A stretch of 61,902 nucleotides of DNA, filler included, from Choristocarpus tenellus KU-1152 (lineage: Eukaryota > Protista > Phaeophyceae), in the NCBI GenBank assembly GCA_964200185.2. It is 11 parts of 11 records of this genome, joined end to end, with 100 filler letters (N's around TTAATTAATTAA, not from the genome) between each part and the next. Parts side by side here need not be neighbours in the genome. Positions count along the whole stretch, not along the records: positions 51,350 to 56,318 come from CAXNAD020012334.1; positions 56,419 to 61,902 come from CAXNAD020010641.1; 9 more parts are not named here. One strand, written 5' to 3'. Every line of letters starts with the position of its first letter. The stretch's first letter is position 1. Both the position numbers and the translations under genes were made by a program. A model generated the notes under the pieces. That model saw only the letters and a list, made by a program, of their open reading frames with translations. It was not told the DNA's origin and did not search any database. This document shows positions 52,490 through 61,902 of the stretch, piece by piece.

Positions 52490-53049
52490 TGTATTGACAA
52501 ATGATCTGCCCCCTTTCTTCTCAGCCATTAGCACACCAAATTATAGAGGGATTAGTGGTTGGGGATTAATTCGATTCCAGGACTCTTCCTTCGCTCACCC
52601 CCTTCTTCTCTTCTCAGGAAATATCTTCCCTCCCCACTGCCCACCAACATATCTGCTTTCCCACTATAATACTTCCTACCGGCTCTCTCCCTATATTCCA
52701 ACTCGTCTACAACTTCAACTTGTATATTATCTTCAGCCTTCACAGGATACTTTCTTTCCCGTCAAATCGAACACCAGTCTCTCCCACGAGGAAACACTAC
52801 TATTTTGTTTTGCTCACGAAAGTTCCTTATTAGTAAGCTCCTCTTGCCCCCAACAAGAGACCCGGGCTGCTGCAAATGGTGCAAATTGTTAACCTCACTG
52901 CACGGTTACTCCTCACTCTTGGGGAGCAGTAACTTGCCCAAGCCCTTCTCTGAGGATCTTTTGTTGGAGCTGGAGCTTCCCTCATAATACTACCTGACCG
53001 CATAAACCACCCTTAAGATCTGTTCCCAAAATCAAATATCTTCTAATGC

Positions 53050-55720
53050 ATCTGAAATCCTCTTCAAACTACCGTCAATTTCTTTTACATACACCATGAA
53101 AGGCTCCGAATTCCACCTTCCCATTTTTTGAGTATCAATGGGAATTGAAAATCTTTATTGGCTAAGTTTATTGCCACCTGTATCCTCCCCAGAATACAAT
53201 GCAAATTCTTGACGTTCTACCTCTGAAACACAGTTTTGCAAAATTTCCCTTAGCCCTTCTATTACTTCTTTTCTAGTTTTCTACTCTCAAGTTGCTGTTC
53301 TCTCCGATATATATCATCAACAACGAAGTCTTGTCAGGCAAAATATCCTAGCCTCCAATGAGGTCCTGAAGGATCTCCAGTCCACCACTCCTTATCGTTG
53401 ACCTCCGTCTACCTACAACTATCCCTTCACTGCGTTTGTCAGTCTTCCAACCCCCCCTATGAACAGTTCATCTTCTACTCTATTACCCTCTTTCCTCTTT
53501 TTCCACGTGAATCACTTGTGTTCCACCCAACACATAAATCTTCTCCCTAAGTAGACAAAGTTTACCAATCGTAACATTTTATTCTATGAACAACTCTGAT
53601 GCTCTGCACAAGAAGAGGTAAGACAATAACAATCCCATACGTATTGTCTTTCCTCCCATCTCCTTGGCAACGTAGAATTTCCTTGCCAACAATCTCAATA
53701 TCAAAGGTCTCCTTACACTATCGTTTCCTGGAGTATGAGCCCTATATTGCTTTACTCTGCTTTTCATCCCTTCTTGCACCATGAAATGACCCATCGATAG
53801 CTCCCATACCCCTACTATACTATGCATGACTAGAGCTGCAAGGTTCTGCCCTACTGTCATATCTTTATTTTGACCCTTCCCCATAACGAAATGCTACAAA
53901 CTCTGAAATCTCCTGAACTGCTTTTCTTGCTCCATCGCTCTTTCTGAGCCAAGTCCCTCTATTATTCTTCTGGCGAAACTATTTCCATCGTCCACAGTCT
54001 CTGCCATTTTCTGCCAAGGGTCCTATTGTCAATCCCTCCTCTGGACAGTTTAGCTGCAAGACCATACTACCTATTCCTTCTCCCTTGTCTCCTAGAGGCA
54101 CGTCCTAATATGGCATTAATGAGTCGAGTTTGAACATTCCTGGGTTTATCTGGTTATTCCATTGCGCTTCCACATATTAAAATCTTGTCTGAAATCCGGT
54201 TCAAAATCCCTTTCATATGCCTAGCCTTGTGAAACAACCCCTTATGCTTCTACGGCCCCGATTAACCTCATTGTGCAACCTGCACTTCTGTCTTTTGCCC
54301 CTCTATGCATTTATTGACCCATTCTATTGCCGATAAATCTCCTCCTCTCATTAGTGCAGATCTTCCTCTCTCCACCTTATATATCTCTTAGACCCACTAC
54401 CATCACCATACCTGTCATTGCTACCTCGAATAATTCCAAAACATCAACTGGAATTTCATTACTTTCCGCCTTTTTGCCACACTGTCTGGAAACTCATGCT
54501 TTCACCAAGCCCTCAACTCTGGACAATAAACCCCCATACCCTTCCACGCGTATCAGACCACTAATTTCTTCTATAGAAGTCCCAATGTTATGGTTAAAAG
54601 GAGCTGATAACAAATTTCCTTTCTCCAAATTCCAGATTCATTGTGCGAAGTACCCGTCAGCTTAATCACCAATTCACAAGAGGATGCCCAATCCACATTA
54701 CTACTACCAAGTTTCATACATCATGCTTGCTTTGATATGTATTCTACATTTTTAATTTCTCCTCCCCGAGCAGTACAAAATGATTGGAAGTGTTACTATT
54801 ACAGGCGAATAGCGCGAGCATTTCTTCTCGTGTTTTAGCAAATACGAACATTTGTGACAGACATATAGTTCGAGGATTGTTTCTCGCGTTCTAACAAGTG
54901 CGAACAATATACGATATTAGGAACACATAGGTAGCCTTACGAAATAAATGCTGATTTCGTAAAAGATACAGAGTAAGATTTGGAATGCATACGTAACATT
55001 ACAGAAGAAAATGCCAAAGTCCCTAAGAAGTTGCAGAATAAAGGTTTATGGTTGGAGTACGTGTATAGAGCAGTTGCATAGAAGACCAAAGAAATGGTGT
55101 GGATGAGAAAAATGATAAGAGAGCTTTTGGTCAAACACCTTGACTGACCCTCTTACCTCCAGTCTTATCTTTATCTTGAACGAAATGAGGCGAGCTTTGA
55201 GCTAAGCACTGAGTGGAATATCAAGAGAGAAGGACACATGACACCCTACAAACTGTTATCAAGGGCAACGCCCCCATAGCGTCGTTTTAAGGTCGTTGGA
55301 TTTGAGTTGTACATCCTGTGGAGGTGAGTTCTGAGGGGCATGCTGTAACATTACCCCCAACCAATCATCTTTAACCGATCTTACGATGCTGAACTCCTAC
55401 ACTACATGAAGCGTTATCCATCCAAAACCGTGTGAAGAACTGACCATTTGGCCGTCCTCCTCGAAAGTCTTCCCCTTTTAACTATGTTCCTGTAGGTAAC
55501 ATTGTTGCCTTTCAGATTTACCATGTTTCTTTGCTTGCTATGACATCTCGTATCCATCTTGGTGGACCTTAGTATCTTCAATTAATTGTTGTATTGCAAT
55601 ATGAATGTTTCAGGGTTGTCGCCAACAACCATCACCAACCTAGTGAAGAACGTCATCCAGATTAAGGAATGAAGGGTTATTACGGCAGTTCTGCTCTATG
55701 CAACGCGCATTCGTTACACA
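53050..55720 (-). mobile_element. Decayed tyrosine-recombinase retrotransposon (DIRS order): RT, RNase H and YR remnants
   Basis: YR: VRRPL...LSYLFLCRASEL, EFALYSG, GRWNSEPFMVYV (catalytic Tyr region). RNase H: DVLELFEVAMTG, AIEWVNKC, ARHMKGILNRISD. RT: G*RSSLGW*WLLA, FFTRFWMDN. Order is RT-RH-YR. Confidence 0.8.
54797..55350. mobile_element. Solo LTR family A inserted in the RT region of the YR element, TSD TTAC
   Basis: TTAC|TATTACAG...CTGTAACA|TTAC. Confidence 0.85.
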
Positions 55721-57161
55721 TCATTCAACAAAATAACATCTCCAAAATTGCAAAATCAAAAAATGTACTATATATTGAACATCTTCTAAAAAAAAAGGGA
55801 AATATAGAACAGGAACAGCAACCCTAACAAAAGGATATCAAAATCTCATTTATTCGACCAAGAGATTGTTCGTTCAATGTAGGGATAGTCTATTCTATAG
55901 ATGGTGGTAAGTAGAAAGATAGGAATGGTTCAAACAAGCCCCATATATGACATTTAACTAGACCAGTAGACTTGTAATTTGTATCCATCCATATTTCCCT
56001 TTCTTTACACCCAAATAAAGTCCACATACCAACCACCACACACCTGCAAGTTCCTTGTATCATTTATCCTCGAAGTATGTAGTATATGTATGTATATTTT
56101 TGATGGGGATTGACCTCTTTCAAAATGATATGAGAAGGGAATATACCAGATGAGTGTGTATTTGCTCACAGAAAGACCTTCTGACATATGAACGAGAATT
56201 ATTGTCTACTATAATATAAAACATTGCATGCTAAAGCTCGCAGTCAAAGGCTGGGGTTGCGGACGCCTTCTAAGCATATTAGAACTAACATAAGACCCAA
56301 AATATCTGGGAGGGGGGGNNNNNNNNNNNNNNNNNNNNNNNNNNNNNNNNNNNNNNNNNNNNTTAATTAATTAANNNNNNNNNNNNNNNNNNNNNNNNNN
56401 NNNNNNNNNNNNNNNNNNACCCATCCTCCATAGTATGCTCCATCCTTAATTTCGCTGAGAGGCTGTTTCAAGGAACACCTTCAAATTGTCCACATGACAT
56501 TCATGGGATAATCAGATTATTCATTTTCTTTTTTCTCTCGAGGGACTTCTCCTGGTCAAATCTTTTCTCGTGTGGAGACAGAATTCACACTGGGTGTGCA
56601 TGTGTGGTGTGAAGGAGAGGCCACTGCTACTACTGTGGCAAAACAGATGGTATTGATTGTAGAGTCCAACAAAATACTAATAAGCAGGCAGGGCTGCATT
56701 TTAAGGATCCTGAGAAACGACAATAAATTACCATTTTGTACAATTCTAGAAAGAGATCGTTTGCTGAATTGTGGTGGTGCCATTTTGTATGGAAAGGGGG
56801 AATATCGTTTTTGCGAACACTATTGTGCATAAAGCAACATATTAGAGTGTACTGGGTAGGGTAAGAAAGAGGGTCCAAATCTCTCAATTTGCTTGACTCC
56901 TACTCCTTTAATGAAATGTTTTAAGCCTGATTTCACTGTCGGGAAGAGTGAACTTTGTTGCTCAGTTTAAACATGATATTCTATTGATATTTGTGGTTTG
57001 GAGAAGGTATGCTGGAGACCCCGAACCAAAGCCCGAAGAAGCGTGAAACCACGATCTCAATTTGAATTCCATAGTCAGAACTTTTGTCTTCCATGACACT
57101 CAAAAAAGTACTAATATCGCAGACCATGAGGATATTCTGGGATGTTCCGAGATACTCAGGA

Positions 57162-57290
57162 GGACCAAACAGTGCGAACCTCCTTCGCCACTGTTATCCA
57201 GTCACTACCCACCTTTGATGACCAACCAGTGCGAACCCCCTTCGCAACGGATTTCCAGTCACCCCCAGCATCTGATGACCAACCAATGAA
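57162..57290. repeat. ~57-bp tandem repeat (2+ units)
   Basis: ACCAA.CAGTGCGAACC.CCTTCGC...TCCAGTCAC...TGATG repeated. Confidence 0.8.
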
Positions 57291-57329
57291 TCGAAAAGGG
57301 AGAGACGCTGTAGTTTATTGGCGTAGCTA

Positions 57330-58987
57330 GCATTGACTTTGGGCTGGCCCTTCATCCCATTGTCTGCCTGAAACTGGGCCTTCATCAAGAAGGCTCCCTT
57401 CTCCTCCATATGGATCTTGGCAGCCCCTTTGTTGGGCTGAATATAGCTTCTTCTAAACCCAGAGTCCACAAATTCACCTTAATTGCGCCGGAGGCTACCT
57501 GTGCTAAGAAGTCTGCATGGTAGACCAGGCACCCAGAGCACATCCTGGAGTACAATTTTGGTCGGCTTGCCCATCTCATTAGTGGCTTCCAATACCATCT
57601 TGCCTGTTGCCTGTGCTTCCAGTGTAACTTTATTACCAAAGGTGCAGGTGCGAGTGATCTCTGTTGCTTCAGTGAGGTCCTGCAGTCTTGGGGTAAGATG
57701 TACATTGGCTCCTGAGTCACATAGAAGGCTAATGGTGTCTGTCTTGGTCATATCTTGAGTCGAGGATGTGCTGCCTCGACCATTTCGTTATATGCGTCCT
57801 CCCCTACAGACACATTCATGGTCAGGAATGCTCGCGATGAGCCCTGCTTAGCTTTGTCTCTGCCTATGCCACCACTGTTCCTTTCCCTGGTTGGTGGTAG
57901 GGGAAATCTTGGTTTCGGCATCCCATAGCGGCGCTTAGCGGGAGGTTGGCCAGTCATGTATAAGGGACATTCTCGCCACCAGTGATCATATTTTAAACAG
58001 AATGTACATTGATTGGGATCGAAGCCTTTCTTGAACCCTTGTTTTCTATTCTGATTTTCTGCTCCTGTGTGAAGCGCCATCGCCCCCGATCTCCTAGATG
58101 TGTCTCCTATGACCTCCGTGGTCATATAAGACGAGGAAGATATGATGAGTAAAAGTATCTTAGAGGGTACGACTTTTGCCCTGTTTGTCCATTTGGGGCT
58201 TGGCTTCCCATGGGGTTTTTTATGAAATTTTTCTACTCCAAAGTGTTTCGGAGTAGGTAAAATGTATTCGTTATGAGAAGGTGTGTCCGGAACAAGGATA
58301 TTGACAGTTCCTATCAAATAAGATAGACAAAATTACATCAGAATCGCAACATTGGATTTTGGTCCCCAAATGGACGCGGCCCTACCCTCTAAGATACTTT
58401 GACTCTGATGGCGTTCTTGAGCTGGTCATAAGTTCTGGGGTTGTTGTCAGCTGTGCAAAAACCTGTACCATGCTGTCTCTGATCCCTATGTTTAAATATA
58501 TATTTGCTCCGGCTCGAGTCATGCTGCCCTCCCATCGGGGCTGTCATTATGCTCGTGCGAGCTGACCACCATCACAGCAGCTCCTCTCGTGGCCTGGCCC
58601 AAAAGGAACCATAGTGCCTCACGATGTTTAACGTACTCCTCGTACGCGCTGTGTTCTCCAAACGATGTGTCAGGCGTGGGAGGTGCCGAAATGCGGTATT
58701 CTGGTTGGAGGATCCGGTACAGTCCTTTACCTCCTGCATAGCTTACCAGCGCCATCCGCCATCCCGCCCACTTCTCCCGTGTATGCCCCCGCGCTCCACT
58801 CCATAGTGCAGCTTACGGGGGTCCGCTTCCTTACCACTGAGGCTCATAACCTATGCAAAAGAGAGCTACTCTGATGTATGGATTTGTTTATTAGTGGAGT
58901 GAGCACTATCCTCAAGGTGGGGGGGTGGTGCTCTCCCTTGTTATCTAATTTATTCGTCATCAAACACGTCAGAGATATGCTTAAACA
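57330..58987 (-). mobile_element. Decayed Ty1/Copia element 5' half: LTR ~58987-58854, PBS 58851-58841, gag, zinc knuckle, protease
   Basis: TGTTTAAG...TGCA, then TA, then GGTTATGAGCC (copia-type PBS matching an internal tRNA-iMet fragment); SPDGRAA*, CTFCLKYDHWWREC, LLCDSGANVHLT, VLWVPGLPCRLLS. Confidence 0.9.
58147..58405 (-). mobile_element. MITE full copy inserted in Copia gag, TSD TGAT
   Basis: TGAT|GAGTA-AAAGTATC...GATACTTT-GACTC|TGAT; excising the element plus one TSD restores the gag frame (YDQLKNAI-ISSSSYMTTEV). Confidence 0.93.
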
Positions 58988-59435
58988 TGTTTGTGACAGT
59001 TACACTACGTCAGTCACTTATAAGTTCAAGTTACATTACTTCATTCACTTTTACACTATAAACCATATAGACTACTAGTCTATATTGCACAGAAAACACT
59101 TGATTGGTGGTAAGTTGAGGGGTGTTGCATTTCGTCGAAAAAATGTTGAAGGACAGGATCTGAAAATTATAAACAGTTCAGTCGCGAGAATATATAAATT
59201 TGTGGAAATCCGAATGCATGTGTTTGGTGTGTTTTTCTTCTCATCGGACGTCGTTCGAAGTTGGTTAAAAATAGGGGATAGTTGAGAAGCGATTCGTGAT
59301 AGAAAAAACATTTCCAAATGAATGTTGTTGGACTATGATCCTCTATTCGACAAAAAAAAATTATCATAAGAGAAATGTGAAAGGAAAATCGACATAAAAG
59401 AAATGTTTTCATCCACGTGATCTGCGAAATAGATA

Positions 59436-61902
59436 TGGTTGGGATACAAAGCCTCGTTGAGGTACTTGCTTTGGAATGCATGTCGTTGGTGGAGGTTCTG
59501 GTGGGAGGGGTTTATCTTTCCCACCCGCAAATAGACAAGTTAGTCTTCGCCCATACCTTGGTGTCCGTTCCAGTGGTTCATCAGGTTCAGATGGGGGATC
59601 GTGGTTATGATTCACTAGTCGCAGTAACAACGTTCCACCACTCCCCTGCTGTGACGTAGGTCGATCCATACCACCAGCACGAGTGTTCAGCATCCCATCT
59701 GTACTTCCATTTTACAAATCCAAACCCACGTTTTCCGAAGACACGCCTTTTGAAGTCTTTTCCTCTGTAACCTCTTTTTCCAATCCCAAAGAAATTTCAT
59801 CCATCACCAAATCTTCAGTGCTCAGCCCAAAATCGTCTTGCTTCTCCTCCAAGATTCCATCCCCACTCAGCCCCCATGGGGCAGAGACAAATGCTCCAGC
59901 CCCACCCTGGGCAAGCTCATCAAATGCTACAACATCCTCCTCTGACGTTGCTTTCGGACTAGTTGACCCCCCTGGATCAAACTCTGGCAGAGTCATCTTT
60001 GGGGTAGGTCCCTCCCCCCCAACAATCCCCTCTGGCAAAATGACATTAACTTTAACCCCCTCAAGGGAAGGTGTGCTCATCACTACTTCATCCTCTGATA
60101 TAGTAGCCTCCGACATCATTCCTCCACACCCCTCTTGGGCGAGATTGAAATCTCTAACGCCAGTGTGGGTTAGGTCTATACCTCCAGCCTCATCCTGTGC
60201 AAAATCGAATCTTCTAACCCTTTCCTGGGCGAGGTTATCAGATGCCACAACATCCTCCTCTGATGTTGCGTTTGCTCCAATTGATCGCTCCAGATCAACA
60301 TCCATTCCAGTCACCTTTGAGGTAGGCCTCACCTCCTCAACAGTTCCCCCTGGGTCAATGGCATCACCTGAAACTTCCTCAAGGGGATTCACTCCTGTCG
60401 CTGCAATATCCTCCTCTGACATCGCAGTCTCCTCAGATTTCCCACCTGTGACAGTATCTCCTCCAGCCCTTGTCAGGGTGAGTGCGTCTGTTCCCGCCTT
60501 CCTCTCGGCTAGAAGTAGTCCTGACACAATCCTCTTTGTCGTGTCTGGTACTTCAGGTGGTTGTCTTAAGGGCAGGTCAGGAATTGTCAAGAAGCTTCTT
60601 CGATTAGCTTTCAATGTAAACAATCCATAATTCTTCCCACTTGTCTTCACAAATTCCAATCCAGGTCCTCCAGAAGAAGGGTTAATCTCAAAGAATTTTC
60701 TCCTTTCCAATATAATTCTCCCTCTGATTGTTCCCCCGCTTGTATCATTGAGAGGAGATTAAATTTTAACCCAGGAACAAATGATACATTGTGCAAGATG
60801 AAGTTTGAAACTTCCCCATTCTGTACACAAGATAGTGACAAATTACCTATGACTGAAACTTGTAGAACCTTTCCATCCCCAACAGTCACCGATGACCTTA
60901 CCACAGGTTTTGGATCTATCAGAGCAGTAGGATTGTTTGTCATATGAACCGAACACCCACTGTCACAGAACCAAATTTTATCCACTTCGACTATACTCCC
61001 ATCATTGCTCACCGATGAGAATCCTCCAAGTTGTGAACTGGTGTACCACTTTCTGTTCACCATCACCAGCTTCATCAGTGTTGCTTGCATTGCCACTCCC
61101 CTTCCCTTTACCATTCTTCTTCTTCCTTCGGGGAGCATGGCCAGAAGATCGTTGACCCGATTCTCCCGGACCACCATAGCATTTGGGACAACTGTAAGCT
61201 TTGTGTCCTTTTGCATCACGGGTGTAACACGAACCTGTGTAAGATCGGGACGAAACACTGGGAGAAGAAGATTGATAGTGTTGTCCTCCACACTGCCAGC
61301 ACTCCACACGTCTTGGCTGCCGATCCTTCCCAAAACCTGCATTGCCTTTCACGGATCTTGGACCTCAAACCATCAATGCACCTCAGTTATTTCCCATCCT
61401 TCGTTCACATTGTCGTTTGCGAAGTTGATACGTTTCGCAAACTCGTTTTTGGAGATCCATCCTTGCTGCTCAACCGCAACTTGTGACCTGGCGAATCTCA
61501 ATGAAGTACTCGTCAGTCAAACAATTATGCATTGCACTTAGTTGTTCTTCTTCGCTGGGTTCATCTTCCAAATATCGCATTTTCTTGACTATGTTGTCCA
61601 GTTCCAGAATGACTGTAGCCGGATTTTCACCAGAAGGTAAATGTAGAGAATTAAGTCTTGATCTCATGGTAGCCCTTTCTGTTATACCACTTCTCCTGAA
61701 GTGGTTCCGTAAAGCTTGATAAGCTTCCGAAGGACTATCATGGTTGCTTCCCGCCTTTTCAGTGAACCCATCCAAAGCCATCACCAGAGCAGTCATCGCC
61801 ATATTCGCCTTGTCTATTTCACGTTCAGACCATCTTGATGCGTCAAAGTAATCACTGCTGACTCTGATGTGATCATCAGATAGCAGCATATCCTTCCATC
61901 CC
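59436..61902 (-). mobile_element. Copia-derived element: gag (UBN2-like), two knuckle remnants, protease, long acidic repeat ORF (60710-59712), PPT 59650-59641, putative 3' LTR 59640-59436; no integrase, RT or RNase H
   Basis: SPSEAYQALRNHF...GENPATVILELD, CWQCGGQHY, GHKAYSCP, WFCDSGCSVHMT, VSFVPGLKFNLLS; AGCAGGGGAG followed by TGGTGG...CCAACCA. Confidence 0.85.

Noticed and set aside
52230-52892. 220-aa plus-strand ORF
   Set aside because: Runs through MITE, LTR and flanking repeat sequence with no recognisable motif.
51756-55350. A single novel element: tyrosine recombinase flanked by two LTRs
   Set aside because: Each repeat has its own 4-bp TSD and the right one interrupts the RT, which continues beyond it. 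They are independent solo LTRs.
4846-56418. Regularly recurring TTAATTAATTAA flanked by Ns as a biological repeat or array
   Set aside because: Fixed 100-nt artificial linker with stops in all frames. It also means neighbouring contigs cannot be read as a gene cluster.
57162-57290. CRISPR-like repeat-spacer pattern (also 2238-2595)
   Set aside because: Whole units are similar with no unique spacers; eukaryotic context and no cas genes.
57748-58317. N-terminal part of the 189-aa ORF as genuine gag
   Set aside because: The first ~57 codons are MITE sequence fortuitously in frame.

Overview
Eukaryotic nuclear DNA, most likely from a brown alga or related photosynthetic stramenopile. This is an inference from the intron-rich genes, TTAGGG repeats, brown-algal-style Zn2Cys6 factor and the transposon types. 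The window is NOT contiguous: it is 11 short contigs joined by artificial 100-nt linkers (44 N + TTAATTAATTAA + 44 N), so no synteny can be read across linkers. Spliced genes or fragments recovered by hand with phase-consistent exon chains: BRR2/SNRNP200 helicase (6 exons, two GC-AG introns), a LysM protein, a C2 + Tudor-like protein, a small heat-shock protein, a complete Tweety-like membrane protein with an ~830-aa disordered tail, an unknown multi-pass membrane protein, a complete Zn(II)2Cys6 transcription factor, and a mitochondrial-type NAD(P)-binding SDR (one GC-AG intron). There is also a tRNA-Leu(TAA). The rest is a nested transposon landscape: several decayed Copia elements (one running gag-protease-acidic repeat ORF-PPT-LTR with no integrase or RT), a decayed tyrosine-recombinase (DIRS-order) retroelement, solo LTRs with 4-bp TSDs, 3' ends of a CRE-like non-LTR element, and a ~259-bp MITE. 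The MITE's 4-bp TSDs sit exactly 5 variable bases outside a nearly invariant AAAGTATC box, and a poly-G sister family terminates six contigs. I found no prokaryotic defence system or CRISPR array. The best novelty candidates are the MITE end architecture, the gag-protease-only Copia derivative and the GC-AG/poison-acceptor features of BRR2.
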